DNA of 64,000 bases from an uncultured delta proteobacterium (GCA_963792965.1 CAWBYW010000016.1:224001-288000), one strand, 5' to 3'; counted from the first letter of the stretch, positions 1 through 11,250 are shown. Numbers and translations are program-made. Notes: generated by a model not told the origin, from the letters alone.

Positions 1-168
1 GAGGGCATAGGCGGCGTCGATAATGAAGGCGCGATCCCACCCAAGCTCATCGATGAACACCTCACGCATGAGGACGAGTATCAGGTTTGCGTCGCCGTCC
101 TTATACGGACGGATTACTGCGTCGACCCCGGGGGCCGATATCGTCCGGCGGAACGGAGTTGTCTCCAT
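1..168 (-). CDS. Probable GNAT-family N-acetyltransferase, 5' part (runs off window edge)
   Basis: Manual translation from ATG at 168: METTPFRRTISAPGVDAVIRPYKDGDANLILVLMREVFIDELGWDRAF...; the IRPY..GD and ELGW motifs resemble GNAT N-termini. Confidence 0.5.
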   Translation of the reverse strand, partial: METTPFRRTISAPGVDAVIRPYKDGDANLILVLMREVFIDELGWDRAFIIDAAYAL

Positions 169-252
169 GAGCTTTCCGAAAAAATGTGTCGGGCCGTCTA
201 AACCTTTTGGACGAGGCTTTACTTTTACCGTAATATACTATATCATGCGAGT

Positions 253-1017
253 ATGCTTGTTGCACACATCATTCTGACATCGATGGATATCGTCGTCGGC
301 GGGACCAACACCCGCCTTCCGATTATGTGCACGCTCGTGGAGGACGGCAACCGTCTAATGCTCTTCGACACCGGCTACTGGGAAAGCCCGGACCTCATGG
401 CGGGCCTCCTCCGCCTCGGGTTTACCCCGACCGACGTGACCCATGTTTTCCTGACTCACTTTCACGGGGATCATGCCGGCGGCGTCGACCTCTTTTCGGG
501 GGCGATCAAGGTCGCCAGCAAGAGGGAGAGCGATTTTTCCCGAGTCTGGCTCAAGGGTTTTGCCGAGACGCCTGATAGATATCGCTACGTCAAGGATTGC
601 TTCCCCTACCTGTCCGACGCCGTCGTTCGGGAGCGGACGGACCTCCTTTCCGAGCACCTGAGGTACGTCCCCCCCTATTGGTGGAACGGGGCCATGGAAG
701 GATACGTCTGGGTGGAAGAGACACCGGCGCTGGTAGGGTGTGTCGAGCCGCTCTCGACACCGGGGCACACACCCCATCATACGGCCTACCTTGTTAAGGG
801 TGGGCACGGTGCCGTGCTCGTCGCCGGGGACGCTATGAGCCGCCGGGGCGCCAGCCTCGACGCACTGCCGCTCGATGAGCCCCACCTGGATCTGGAAGCC
901 TATAAGAAGAGCCTGAACATCCTGCAGAAGATCCCGGCCTTTGTCGTCCCCGCCCACGACCGCCCGTTCGTGCAGGGGGACTGCCCGATCCGAACGGCCA
1001 AGAGGGTAGAATTTTAA
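253..1017 (+). CDS. Metallo-beta-lactamase-fold hydrolase
   Basis: FDTG, THFHGDH (HxHxDH), TPGHTPHH, GD and PAHD motifs. Confidence 0.85.
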   Translation: MLVAHIILTSMDIVVGGTNTRLPIMCTLVEDGNRLMLFDTGYWESPDLMAGLLRLGFTPTDVTHVFLTHFHGDHAGGVDLFSGAIKVASKRESDFSRVWLKGFAETPDRYRYVKDCFPYLSDAVVRERTDLLSEHLRYVPPYWWNGAMEGYVWVEETPALVGCVEPLSTPGHTPHHTAYLVKGGHGAVLVAGDAMSRRGASLDALPLDEPHLDLEAYKKSLNILQKIPAFVVPAHDRPFVQGDCPIRTAKRVEF

Positions 1018-1122
1018 ACGGAGCGAGGGCGGGCCCGCGTCGTTTGCGACGTCTATGACGTTTGGCCTCTAATCATTTCTGATCCCTTCCGGCGGAAAGT
1101 TCGCGGCGGGCCTCTTTGAAGA

Positions 1123-1156
1123 AATAAAAATAAGGGGCGGCACGCTGCCGCCCCTT
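1123..1156 (-). terminator. Rho-independent terminator
   Basis: Stem AAGGGGCGGCA/TGCCGCCCCTT (1132-1156) followed by a T-rich tract on the minus strand, downstream of the 1242-1646 gene. Confidence 0.7.
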
Positions 1157-1241
1157 CCGCTATACGTCATATCGATAGCCGAGCTCTTCTCTTACGAGAG
1201 ATGGCTCACGCCCAAGAGAGATGTATCGCTTACGGCCGTTT

Positions 1242-1646
1242 TCAGTCCTTCAATCCCCATACGCTGATGACCGCCCGCACTAAAGTTCCCGGGCGTGTCT
1301 TATAGTAGAAGGTAATATTGTTAATGTAGCGGGGCGCATTAGGGAGATCGATAACCCGTGTACTGCCGCCCGCGGGGATGAACGCGCGGACCGGCACATT
1401 TATCACCTGGCCGTCGCCGAATTGGATCTGCAGGCTTTCGAAGTCTACCCCCCTGTCTCTCACCTGGATTCGTATCGCCCTGAACATGCCCATCTCCGAG
1501 GTCACCTGAATCTGATCCTGCTCCGAAACCAGCGCGACCGTTCTCTCACCGAGAAAGACCCATTCATCGGCTCGAGCGGAAAAGACGACGACCAGAATCA
1601 ACAAAGAGAGCACCGCTGCTATCGAAAACGCAACTCCTTTTTTCAT
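1242..1646 (-). CDS. Secreted beta-rich protein, DUF2541-like
   Basis: Signal peptide ending SARA; WVFLGERTV...FRAIRIQV...TRVIDLP pattern; GGAGGTGA RBS. Confidence 0.6.
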   Translation of the reverse strand: MKKGVAFSIAAVLSLLILVVVFSARADEWVFLGERTVALVSEQDQIQVTSEMGMFRAIRIQVRDRGVDFESLQIQFGDGQVINVPVRAFIPAGGSTRVIDLPNAPRYINNITFYYKTRPGTLVRAVISVWGLKD

Positions 1647-1920
1647 TTCTCACCTCCGTAATTATGCTGATCGACACTACAGTCTTATCACACAACACCG
1701 ACAAGAGAATTATCATACCAACGATTATCTTCCCGTAGCCTCCTCTTAAATACCTTCCATATATAAATAATACCTCCGGATTTGTCGGCAGTCAAGGCGG
1801 CGCAGAGGTTATCAACGATTCCATTTCACGGGAACGGACTTTCTCCTGTCCGCGTTTTCCGGGCGGTAGGACTCAGAGCGCCCCAATAACATCGGGGGGC
1901 ATACAGCCATCAGCAGCGAC

Positions 1921-1954
1921 TGAACGTCCACTCAATAAACTGAATGGCGATTCA
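1921..1954. promoter_or_regulatory. Two tandem imperfect 14-bp palindromes (candidate TetR-type operators)
   Basis: TGAACGTCCACTCA (1921-1934) and TGAATGGCGATTCA (1941-1954), just upstream of the -35. Confidence 0.45.
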
Positions 1955-1962
1955 TATTTTCC

Positions 1963-1992
1963 TTGAAATCGGCGAGAACTTCCTGCTATACT
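1963..1992 (+). promoter_or_regulatory. sigma70-type promoter
   Basis: TTGAAA-N18-TATACT upstream of the CoA transferase gene. Confidence 0.55.
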
Positions 1993-2030
1993 GTACTATT
2001 CCCGGCTATTACTGAAAGGAGATTCTCATC

Positions 2031-3338
2031 ATGGACTGGAAAGAAACGTACAAACAAAAAGTGGTTTCACCCGAACAGGCCGTCGCGCATATCAAGTCGG
2101 GAGATATTATCGCCATGGGCGGCGGACCCAGCGCCCCTCCCGATATCGTGGCCGCACTATGCAAGCGCTACCTCGAGCTCGAAAACGTCACGTTGGTCAC
2201 CGGTATCACCATGCACCTCTTCGATCTCTTTAAGCCTGAATACCGAGGCCACATCAACTTCAAGACGCTCTTCATGGGGCCGCTGGAGCGGATGGTCTTC
2301 AAGCAGAAAGGAAATGTCGACCCCATCTCATATCACCTGTCGCAGACGGACCAGCTCGTCTATCGTGAGGGAATAAACGTCTATTTTGGCGAGGTGAGCC
2401 CACCCAACGAGAAGGGCTTTATGAGCCTGGGCCCGATCGGCGTCTACAACGGGTGGCTTGCCGCCAAACATGCCGACCGGGTCATCGTACAGGTGAACAA
2501 GGAAACCCCGTTCCTTCACGGGCAGCTCACGACGCTCCATGTCAGTGAGGTAGACTGGATCGTAGAGAAAGACCATCCGCTTCCGGTTCTCCCGGAGATC
2601 CCAGTTTCGGAGGAGGACAAAAAAATCGGGGCGCTTGTCGCGGAAAGGGTCCCCGACGGGGCTACCATCCAGTTCGGGATCGGCGGGACCTCCAACGTCG
2701 TCGGGCTGCATCTCAGGGAAAAGAAGGACCTCGGCGCCCACACCGAGATGCTGACCGACTCGATGATGGAGCTCTTCGAGCGGGGGGTACTTACCGGCAG
2801 GAGAAAGACGTTTCACCCCGGCAAGATTGTCTGCGGCTTTTCTGTCGGGACAAAACGGCTCTACGACTTCATGGACAACAACCCCATATGCGAGTTCGCA
2901 CCGATCCATTACACCAACAGCGTCGATAACATCGCACGAAACGACAACATGGTCTCCATAAACAACACCTTGACCGTGGACCTGACCGGCCAGTGCGCCT
3001 CGGAATCCCTCGGCCATGCGATGTACAGCGGCACCGGAGGCCAGGTGGACTTCATCCGTGGGGCGGCCAAGTCCAACGGCGGCATGTCATTCATCACGCT
3101 CCCGTCGACCTCCATGACGAAAAATGGCAGGATCTCCCGCATCGTCTCACAGTTCCTCCCCGGGACGATCGTGACGACGCCCCGGTCCGACGTGCACTAT
3201 ATCGTGACCGAATGGGGGATCGCCGACCTGAAGCTGAAGAGTATCCAGACGCGGATCAAGGAGATGCTCAGGATCGCCCACCCGGACTTCCGGGATCAGC
3301 TTAAACACGAGGCCGAGGAGGCAGGGCTGCTTTTCTGA
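2031..3338 (+). CDS. Acetyl-CoA hydrolase/transferase family (4-hydroxybutyrate CoA-transferase-like)
   Basis: QFGIG, HTEM (catalytic Glu), SGTGGQVDF and IAHPDFR motifs; AAAGGAG RBS. Confidence 0.92.
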   Translation: MDWKETYKQKVVSPEQAVAHIKSGDIIAMGGGPSAPPDIVAALCKRYLELENVTLVTGITMHLFDLFKPEYRGHINFKTLFMGPLERMVFKQKGNVDPISYHLSQTDQLVYREGINVYFGEVSPPNEKGFMSLGPIGVYNGWLAAKHADRVIVQVNKETPFLHGQLTTLHVSEVDWIVEKDHPLPVLPEIPVSEEDKKIGALVAERVPDGATIQFGIGGTSNVVGLHLREKKDLGAHTEMLTDSMMELFERGVLTGRRKTFHPGKIVCGFSVGTKRLYDFMDNNPICEFAPIHYTNSVDNIARNDNMVSINNTLTVDLTGQCASESLGHAMYSGTGGQVDFIRGAAKSNGGMSFITLPSTSMTKNGRISRIVSQFLPGTIVTTPRSDVHYIVTEWGIADLKLKSIQTRIKEMLRIAHPDFRDQLKHEAEEAGLLF

Positions 3339-3367
3339 GAGTGCCGACAAAAACGCCCTGAAGCGAT

Positions 3368-3393
3368 AAAAAGGGGGACCCGTTCCCCCTTTT
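3368..3393. terminator. Rho-independent terminator (bidirectional)
   Basis: AAAAAGGGGGA-cccgt-TCCCCCTTTT. Confidence 0.7.
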
Positions 3394-3437
3394 GTAGTAT
3401 AGTGCGAAAAAAAGAAGGATACCACGCCGTGCGCTCA

Positions 3438-4334
3438 ATGAGACCGATCGAATGGACACTGCTGGGTGTGCTGTCGATCATCTGGGGATGTTCATTTTTT
3501 CTTATCGCGGTGGGACTGCGCGGCTTTCACCCCTTTACCGTCGTCCTGATACGGGTAACAGTGGCCGCGCTGGTTCTTCTCGGTGTCGTTTGGCTCAGCG
3601 GCATACGATTTCCGTCCGGCCTGAGGGTATGGGCGGGCTACATGATACTGGGCGCGCTCAATAATGCCGTCCCCTTCAGCCTGATCGCATGGGGAGAGAC
3701 CCGCATCGACAGCGGCAGCGCGGCGATCTTCAATGCGACAACGCCCATCTTTGCCGGTATCCTGGCGCATTTCTTTACCACGGATGAAAAGCTCAACGCA
3801 CGCAAGCTCATCGGGATGCTCATAGGGTTTGTAGGCGTCTATCTCATGATCAGGCCGGAGCTTACCAACGGGCTGTCCTGGCGCGGCTCCGGCCAGGTGG
3901 CCGTCCTGGGCGCGGCGTTGATGTACGCGGTCGCCGGGATTTACGCAAAGAGGTTCAAAGGAGACCCCCCGCTGGCGACGGCGGCGGGAATGCTGGTCTG
4001 CTCGAGCCTCGTGATGCTTGTGCCGGCCCTCGTGTTCGAAGCGCCCTGGTCGGCGCGCCCCTCGCTTGTGGCGGTGGGCGCGATTATCGGCCTGGCGACG
4101 ATCGGGACGGCTCTGGCTTACGTCCTTTTTTTCCGGATACTTTCGACCGCCGGCGCCACCAATGTGCTTCTCGTTACCTTTCTGGTCCCGATCGGCGCGC
4201 TCGTCCTCGGTATCCTCGTGCTCGGCGAGATCATCCATCCGGAGGATCTGGCCGGGATGGGACTGATTTTCCTGGGGCTGGTCTTTATCGACGGGAGGGT
4301 ACTTGCGTACCTCCGCGCCAAGTGGATGTCCTGA
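3438..4334 (+). CDS. EamA/DMT family transporter
   Basis: About 10 hydrophobic segments; IWG.SF and NATTP motifs; start may lie slightly upstream. Confidence 0.9.
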   Translation: MRPIEWTLLGVLSIIWGCSFFLIAVGLRGFHPFTVVLIRVTVAALVLLGVVWLSGIRFPSGLRVWAGYMILGALNNAVPFSLIAWGETRIDSGSAAIFNATTPIFAGILAHFFTTDEKLNARKLIGMLIGFVGVYLMIRPELTNGLSWRGSGQVAVLGAALMYAVAGIYAKRFKGDPPLATAAGMLVCSSLVMLVPALVFEAPWSARPSLVAVGAIIGLATIGTALAYVLFFRILSTAGATNVLLVTFLVPIGALVLGILVLGEIIHPEDLAGMGLIFLGLVFIDGRVLAYLRAKWMS

Positions 4335-4418
4335 AAACGAAACGGACCGACGGTAGACGGTCTCCGTCTCTATCTGAGCTCCCTTCAAGCCCGTGCGTTA
4401 CCGGCCAAAAGGCTCGAG

Positions 4419-5564
4419 TTACTTCACCCCCCAGGCATCGAGGTTCTTGTTGGCGAGGTTGATCGCGGCCTGCCTCGTGGTGATCTTCGACCTCTGGCTC
4501 TCTTCAATGCAGTAGCGCACGCCGCTACGGATCCTCTTTGAGAACTCCTCGAAGACCTTCTCCACGGGGCACTGGCCCGTCAGCACCAGCCCGAAGCCCG
4601 CCGCCGCCCCGGCGTTGGCGATGAAGTCCGGGATGATGGGCGTGCCTTTCTTGGTCAGCGTCTCCTGGGCCTTGGGCGTGATGGGGATATTGGCCCCTTC
4701 GAGGATCAGCTTTGCGCCGACCGTCTTCACGTTATTCTCGTTGATCGCACCGGCGATCGCGGCCGGCACGATGATATCCGCCCCAGCCTTCAGCCATCCC
4801 TCACCGTCGTCCTTCTTGAAGGCGAAGTCGAGCTTCTTCCTGTCGATCGTGCCGTGCACGTCTTTTGCCGTGATCAGTTTTTCGACGTCGAGACCGTCCT
4901 TATTGACGATCGTCCCCTCGATGTCGGTCACGGCGATCACTTTTGCGCCCCGCCGGGCCAGGTTCCTGGCGGTGATGCTGCCGACGGTGCCGAATCCCTG
5001 GACGGCCACGGTGGCGCTCTTCAGGTCTATCTTCAACAGCGCCGTCGCCTCGTCGGCCGCCTCGGCGATGCCGTAGCCCGTGATGATCTCTTCGAAACTT
5101 TCCCCGCCGAGCTTGGATAACTCCACGTTTTCCGGGAGGTTCAGAGTAACGCCGCGGTCCTTCGCCTTTTTCTTGGCCATCTCGATGGGGTTGACGCCCG
5201 CCGCTCCGTTTATGATGGTCACATCCTCGGCATTCGTCCCCATGTCTTCCCCGATGGTATAGACGGTAGAAAGTAGCGGCATCGCAAGCCTACCGAAGGA
5301 GGCGTCGGCCTCGTTTTTCTTGGGGGAGCGGGGATCATAGACGATGCCCGACTTGGCCCCGCCGACCTGTACGCCCATGGCCGCAAATTTATAGGTCATC
5401 GTCCGGGCGAGCTGGGCCACCTCGTCTATGGTCACGGTAGGGCTCATCCTTACGCCGCCGCCGCATACCCCTCCGATGAGCCGGTGGACGACGATATAGG
5501 CCTTTAGTCCCGTCTCGGGGTCGTACAGGGTCACTTCGTACATGTTTTTCTCATTGACAGCCAT
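4419..5564 (-). CDS. Glu/Leu/Phe/Val dehydrogenase family
   Basis: GGVR, MTYK, GGAKSG, QGFGTVG (NAD binding), EGAN and PDFIANAG motifs. Confidence 0.88.
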   Translation of the reverse strand: MAVNEKNMYEVTLYDPETGLKAYIVVHRLIGGVCGGGVRMSPTVTIDEVAQLARTMTYKFAAMGVQVGGAKSGIVYDPRSPKKNEADASFGRLAMPLLSTVYTIGEDMGTNAEDVTIINGAAGVNPIEMAKKKAKDRGVTLNLPENVELSKLGGESFEEIITGYGIAEAADEATALLKIDLKSATVAVQGFGTVGSITARNLARRGAKVIAVTDIEGTIVNKDGLDVEKLITAKDVHGTIDRKKLDFAFKKDDGEGWLKAGADIIVPAAIAGAINENNVKTVGAKLILEGANIPITPKAQETLTKKGTPIIPDFIANAGAAAGFGLVLTGQCPVEKVFEEFSKRIRSGVRYCIEESQRSKITTRQAAINLANKNLDAWGVK

Positions 5565-5823
5565 AGCGAGTCTCCTTTCCTCTCGTGTGGACTAAACACC
5601 AATGCCGAAACCGGCGATACCTCTTATAAAGCAGTGTAAGACTGCCTCGGATCAGTATATCGTATACAATCGCCCGGTGCAACCCAATACCCGACCGGCG
5701 TTCATAAAAAAGTCGAACGCGGGGATAGATGACGATCCCCAGACACGGAGTCATCGACAACGTTCGATCGCGCGGCGCGGCGGACCCACCCTTAGTCAAT
5801 CGTGGTAAGCGGACATCTCCCGC

Positions 5824-6291
5824 TCAGCCGATCTGCTCGACCAGGTAATTCTGCAGCCCCATCTGCTTGATCTGGTCCAGCTGGGCCTCGATCCAGTCGA
5901 TGTGGTCCTCTTCTTCCTTCAGGATCGATTGGAGGAGATCACGGGTGCCGTTGTCTCCCATCTCGACCGCGAGCCTGATGCTCTCATTGTAGTTCTTGAT
6001 GGCCGTAGCCTCGGCGCCGTGGTCGTTTGCGTGCATCTTGGGTACCTCGGCTCCGATGGAGATCTTGTTCAGGTTGCTCACGACCGGAATCCCCTCCAGG
6101 AAGAGGATGCGGGCGATCAGCGTCTCGGCGTGCTTCATCTCGTCGATGGCGCGCTTCTCGATGGCCTCGTCGAGGCGTTTGTACCCCCAGTTGTCGCACA
6201 TCTCGGCGTGGACCATGTACTGGTTGATGGCGGTCAGCTCCTCGGCCAGGCGGGCGTTCAGGTGCTCAATGACCTTTTCATTTCCTTTCAT
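5824..6291 (-). CDS. bfr: Bacterioferritin
   Basis: ELTAINQY, DEMKHA (haem Met) and EEEDHIDW ferroxidase motifs. Confidence 0.95.
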   Translation of the reverse strand: MKGNEKVIEHLNARLAEELTAINQYMVHAEMCDNWGYKRLDEAIEKRAIDEMKHAETLIARILFLEGIPVVSNLNKISIGAEVPKMHANDHGAEATAIKNYNESIRLAVEMGDNGTRDLLQSILKEEEDHIDWIEAQLDQIKQMGLQNYLVEQIG

Positions 6292-6589
6292 GGTAACCTC
6301 CTCTTTATAGGTGACTTCGGACCGGAAGACATCGTCTCAGGGTTGGCGCGTGCGTAGATCTACTATAAGTCTACCACACTTCTGTCGGCCGTCAAGGCGC
6401 CGTGCCGACCGCGACAAATGATAAGAGGGCGAGGGAGTGCTTTACAGGCGCCGGCGGGACGCCGGGGTCACCGTGAAAGGGACGAGCGTCACTCTGAATC
6501 AAGAACAGGGTTGGAGGAATGAGTGGACACGCTGGGCTATCGAAGGTCGGCCACTACAAAGCGCCGCCTCGCGGCCGCCGGAATGCGGG

Positions 6590-8113
6590 CTACATGCCCT
6601 GCCGGTCGAGGCTGCGGTATTGCACCGCCTCGGCCAGATGGTTCGTCTTGATTTCGGGCTCGCCGGCCAGGTCCGCGATCGTCCGGCCCACCTTGATGAT
6701 GCGCGAATAGGCCCGGGCCGAGAGCTTCAGCGTCTGCATCACCTTCTCGAGGAACTTCCCGCACTCATCCGACAGGGGCGCAAAGCGCTCCAGATCTCTC
6801 GTGGGCATCCGGGCGTTAAAGAAGTAGGGGCGATCCTTGAACCGTTCGTACTGGACGATCCGCGCCCGGTTCACCCGCTCCCGGATATCGCCCGACGGCT
6901 CGCCCGGCTTTTCGGTGAGCTCTTTATACTTGACGGCCGGGACCTCGATATGGATGTCGATGCGGTCCATCAGGGGCCCGGAGATGCGCGAGCGGTAGCG
7001 GCGGATATCGGCCGTGGTGCAGACGCAGTGCTTGTTCTGATCGCCGAGGTAGCCGCAGGGGCAGGGATTCATCGCGGCCACTAACATGAACCGTGAGGGA
7101 TAGGTGATGCTCATGAGCGCGCGGGATATGGTGACTTTCCCGTCCTCGAGAGGCTGCCGCAGCACCTCCAGCGCGTTTTTCTTGAACTCCGGCATCTCGT
7201 CCATGAACAACACGCCGTTATGCGCAAGGCTCACCTCCCCGGGGTTGGGGATCGTCCCGCCGCCGATGAGCCCCGCGTCCGAGATCGTGTGGTGGGGGGA
7301 GCGGAAGGGACGGACCGCAATGAGGGGCCTTCCGTCCATCTTGCCGGCCACCGAGTGGATCTTTGTGGTCTCGATGGCCTCCTCAAAGCTCATCTCCGGC
7401 AGGATCGTCGGGATGCGCTGGGCGAGCATCGTCTTGCCGGAGCCGGGGGGGCCCATCATGATGAGGTTATGGCCCCCCGCCGAGGCCACCTCGAGGGCGC
7501 GCTTGGCGTGGCTCTGGCCCCGCACGTCGGCAAAATCGACGTCGTAGCGCTTATGCGCCAGGAATATTTTCTGGCGGTCCACCTGCTGAGGGGATATCGC
7601 CTCGTCTCCCCGAAGGAAGGAGACGGCCTGGGCCAGCGACCTGAGGGGAATCACGTCGATGCCGTCGACCACGGCGGCCTCGGTGGCGTTTTCCGCCGGC
7701 AGGAGAATCGAGCTAAAGCCCTTGTCCCGCGCCGCCACGGTCATCGGCAGCACGCCCTTGATGGGCTTGGTCCTCCCGTCCAGCGAAAGCTCGCCCACCA
7801 AGAGGTGTTTGGCAAGGATATCCTTGGAAATCAGGTTTGAGGCCGTGAGGATCGCCACGGCCATCGGGAGATCGAAGGCCGAGCCTTCTTTCTTGATGTC
7901 GGCGGGGGCGAGGTTGACGGTGATCCGGCGCGAGGGAAAGTCAAAGCCGGAGTTCTTGATGGCCGCCCGCACCCGCTCCTTGCTCTCCTTGACCGCGGCG
8001 TCGGGCAGGCCCACCGTGTTGAGCATCGGCAGCCCCAGCGAGAGGTCCACCTCCACGTCCACGACATAGGCGTCGATGCCGAGCACGGCTCCGCTCTTGA
8101 CCAGAGAAAGCAT
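6590..8113 (-). CDS. comM: YifB/ComM Mg-chelatase-like AAA+ ATPase
   Basis: N-terminal Lon-like domain (ITVNLAPAD), [29 protein letters not shown] and AAMNPCPCG motifs. Confidence 0.93.
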   Translation of the reverse strand: MLSLVKSGAVLGIDAYVVDVEVDLSLGLPMLNTVGLPDAAVKESKERVRAAIKNSGFDFPSRRITVNLAPADIKKEGSAFDLPMAVAILTASNLISKDILAKHLLVGELSLDGRTKPIKGVLPMTVAARDKGFSSILLPAENATEAAVVDGIDVIPLRSLAQAVSFLRGDEAISPQQVDRQKIFLAHKRYDVDFADVRGQSHAKRALEVASAGGHNLIMMGPPGSGKTMLAQRIPTILPEMSFEEAIETTKIHSVAGKMDGRPLIAVRPFRSPHHTISDAGLIGGGTIPNPGEVSLAHNGVLFMDEMPEFKKNALEVLRQPLEDGKVTISRALMSITYPSRFMLVAAMNPCPCGYLGDQNKHCVCTTADIRRYRSRISGPLMDRIDIHIEVPAVKYKELTEKPGEPSGDIRERVNRARIVQYERFKDRPYFFNARMPTRDLERFAPLSDECGKFLEKVMQTLKLSARAYSRIIKVGRTIADLAGEPEIKTNHLAEAVQYRSLDRQGM

Positions 8114-8574
8114 TAAAAATTACCGGCCATATGAAGGAAGGCTTTGATCTTGTCGTTGGTCTCCCTAAGGCGACGGGACAGTGTCCTGACGAAGGCCCAG
8201 AGCATCTTGTAGGCGATCTCCTTGTCGAAAAAAAGAAGCTCGTCGAAGTCTTTCTTGGAGATGACGAGAAACTCTGAGTTTTCGTGCACGATTGCGTCGG
8301 CAGATCGCGGAGAGTCGTCGATGAGGGCCATCTCGCCGAAATAGTCCCCCGCGTTAAGAATCGTGAGCGCCTCCTCGCCCGCCCCGCGGATCGCCTGCGA
8401 GATCCGCACCGAGCCTTTGAGGATCACGTAGAATTTTTCTCCCTTATCACCCTCATGAAAAAGGAACGCCCCCTCGGGCTGCTTTTCGTTGACGAGTATC
8501 CGGGATATCTTGACGAGCTCTTCGTCCGTCAGGTCTTCAAAGAGATAAATCCCCTTGAGGATGGTGGGTTCCAT
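8113..8574 (-). CDS. Stand-alone cyclic-nucleotide-binding domain protein
   Basis: [14 protein letters not shown] phosphate-binding cassette; stop overlaps the comM start. Confidence 0.88.
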   Translation of the reverse strand: MEPTILKGIYLFEDLTDEELVKISRILVNEKQPEGAFLFHEGDKGEKFYVILKGSVRISQAIRGAGEEALTILNAGDYFGEMALIDDSPRSADAIVHENSEFLVISKKDFDELLFFDKEIAYKMLWAFVRTLSRRLRETNDKIKAFLHMAGNF

Positions 8575-8819
8575 ATCGACACCTCGTTACTACCGGATAA
8601 CGTATAACAGACATTTGGGACAATTTCAACGAAAAAGAAGTTAGAGACAAGGCAAGATAGCACAAAAACTAATCGATAGGGATTGTCGTGACTATCTTCT
8701 TTCCGAACGACTCAAGCCGACAGACTTTGCCCGCTCGCCCAACGGTACCTCCACGCAAGCAAGGCTTCCTGGGGCGATATTTGCTTTACACCATTTTTGG
8801 GGTCTGTTATACTGACGTC

Positions 8820-9487
8820 ATGGGCGAGGCCGAAGAAATACAACTTCTCGAGGCGAAACTGAACGAGCTGAAGGTCGCCTACGAGAAATATTTCGCTGGC
8901 GTGGAGAGGCTGGAACCTGCCCGGCTGCGCGACGAAGTGCAGCGGATGGTGCGTAAAACCGGCACCTTTCACATCACCAACACCGGCCTCAAGTTCAAGC
9001 GGGATACCATCATCGCGCAGTTCAACACGCTCGTCCAGCACTGGAACCGGATCCTCAAGCAGATCGAGGACGGGACTTACTCGCGCGACCTCTTCCGGAT
9101 GAAATTGAAGGACAAGGAGAAGGGCGACCCTCCCCCCCACCCCCACGCGCCCACCGGAGCACACAAGGGCGCCCCCCGGCGGATACGGACGCGCCCGGGG
9201 CACAGCCGGCCGGCCCGAAGGCGTCGGGCAACCCAACCTCGCCCCCTTCCTCCGCCAAGAAGCCCGTATCCCCGCCGACCGGCGAATACGACTACGTCTA
9301 TAAGAGCCTCGTCGCGGCAAAACAGAAGCTCGGCGAGCCCACCAACAACATCAGCTACAGCGCCCTGGAGTGGAGCCTCAAGAAGGAGGCCGAGACGATC
9401 AAGAAGAAGTTCCACGCCTCCCGGGTCGAATTCAAGATAGAGATCAAGGACGGAAAGCCGGTGATCAAAGCCGTACCCGTTAAATAA
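8820..9487 (+). CDS. MXAN_5187 C-terminal-domain-like protein (frameshifted in a Pro-rich linker)
   Basis: N-terminus LKVAYEKYFAG.ER.EP...NTGLKF...WNRILKQIEDG; C-terminus in another frame GEYDYVYKSLVAAKQK...VEFKIEIKDGKPVIKAVPVK*; span 668 nt = 3n+2. Confidence 0.65.
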
Positions 9488-9512
9488 CTCCATTTTTGTT
9501 GGTCTTGGGCGT

Positions 9513-10501
9513 ATGGAAATCGCGGACGGAATCTTCACCTATCGCGGGAGGCGCGGCGACAAGATCAGGCCCGGCGCCGGGTCGTCCAGCGTGACGGTCG
9601 TCGGAAAAGACGCCCTGATAATGATAGACACCGGCGTCGTCTCCGGGGGGGCGTTTGACGAGCTCGTGGCCGCCATGAAGCGAGACCGCCTTGACGTCCG
9701 CGTGGTCCGCCGGGTCGTCTTTACCCACGCCCACTGGGACCACCTCAACGCCGCCGGAAAAGTCGTCTCCCTCTCCGGCGCCGACGCGTGCGCCGCCCGC
9801 GCGGAGACCCCGTTCGTAGAGGACGACAAGAAAAATTTCGGCGCCTTCCTCTCCGGCTTCCCCGAATTCATAAAAGAAATCTTCCCCTTCCCGCTCCCCG
9901 TGGCGAAGCTCCTTGTCCGCTACGCCTGGGGCCGTCAGCCCGCGCTGACCGTCTCGAAGGAACTCGACGACGGCGATCCTCTGGGCGCGGGCAGGGAGAT
10001 CCGCGCCGTTGCCTTCCCGGCCATACCGACGGCCATACGGGCTATTTCATCCCGGACGCCGGGGTGCTGGTCTCCGGGGACCTGGTCGATTTTGAGAACT
10101 CCGAGGGGATGGACCTCAACAACCCCCGATCGAGCTACGAATCCGCGCTCGGCTCCATCAGGCGCGCCATTGCGCTGGCTCCCGCCGTCCTTATCCCCGG
10201 CCACGGGGAGCCGATAGTCGGAAAACAAAAGGTCCGCGAGATGCTCGATAAGGCGCTCGCGGGCGGCCTCGAATATCCCGCGACCATCAATGCGGTGCTG
10301 GGCGAGAGCCCCCTGCGGCTCAAGGAGATATTGAGGGCCGCCTTTCCCGACACCCCCTTTTCCATGGAGGCGATGAAGATGATGCTCATCCTGATCGTCC
10401 TTCTCCATATGGAGAAAGGGGACCAGGTGAGACGGGTCCAGAAGAAAGGAAGACCCGCCTGGGTCGTCGCCATGCCCATGGAGACCCGCAAGAAGAGATA
10501 A
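9513..10501 (+). CDS. Metallo-beta-lactamase-fold hydrolase (apparent -1 frameshift near 10015)
   Basis: IDTG and THAHWDH in ORF 9513-10217; PGHTDGH, SGDL and IPGHG in ORF 9788-10501. Confidence 0.8.
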
Positions 10502-10675
10502 AGACAACCCTGATTTCTCGCCACAGTCGCAGCGCGCCATACGATACCTCCCCCGAAGGAAGCGGACAAGCCAACCCCTCAGAGCATGAATGGTCTAGCG
10601 CTCATTCCGTTGACAGGGAAACGGGCGGCCTCCCGAAGCGCCGCGCCGCGCACCTGAATAGCATCCGGACCCTTA

Positions 10676-10704
10676 GTGACACCGCCCGTGGCGCGTGGTA
10701 CAAT
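10676..10704 (+). promoter_or_regulatory. sigma70-type promoter (extended -10)
   Basis: GTGACA-N17-TACAAT with upstream TG. Confidence 0.5.
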
Positions 10705-10752
10705 AGTATTAAGCGGCAAGTTATATATGAGTCAGAAAGGAGGTAAGCGGAC

Positions 10753-11250
10753 ATGGTAACACTAACAGGAGCCGGATTGGCTCAGAAGATCACGCAGAAA
10801 ATAGAGGAGTTGAAAGAGGCATGCCGGGGGGTCGACGAAAAAACGGCCGCTCGCGCGCCCTCGGAACGGTGGTCTCCCAAAGAAATCCTTTCCCACCTTT
10901 TGGGAGCGGAGGGGACGAGCCACGTGACTATGCTCCAGGCCTTTCTCGATAAGGATACCCCCACGCTAAACCTCCATCCCGGAGACCCCCATTTTTCCGA
11001 GAAGCGCGCACGGATGACCTTTGCCCAGCTCCTCTCCGAAGTCGAAAAGGAGTACAAACGGGTATCCGACTTTGCGGCGGGCCTGTCAGACCAGCAGCTT
11101 GGCCGAAAGGCGCATGTTCCCGAGCTCAAAGACTCGGCATTAGGAGAATACCCGACGCTCGGAGGCCTGCTCGGCGGCATTGGGACGTATCACGTTCAAT
11201 TCCACATTGACCATATGCGCGAGATCTTGAAGGCCCTCTCAGAGAAGTAG
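10753..11250 (+). CDS. DinB-superfamily protein
   Basis: [10 protein letters not shown] and YHVQFH metal-His motifs; AAGGAGGT RBS. Confidence 0.85.
   Translation: MVTLTGAGLAQKITQKIEELKEACRGVDEKTAARAPSERWSPKEILSHLLGAEGTSHVTMLQAFLDKDTPTLNLHPGDPHFSEKRARMTFAQLLSEVEKEYKRVSDFAAGLSDQQLGRKAHVPELKDSALGEYPTLGGLLGGIGTYHVQFHIDHMREILKALSEK

Noticed and set aside
5804-10754. 13-bp repeat GGTAAGCGGACAT near 5804 and 10742
   Set aside because: A match of this length is expected by chance in 64 kb, and the two contexts differ
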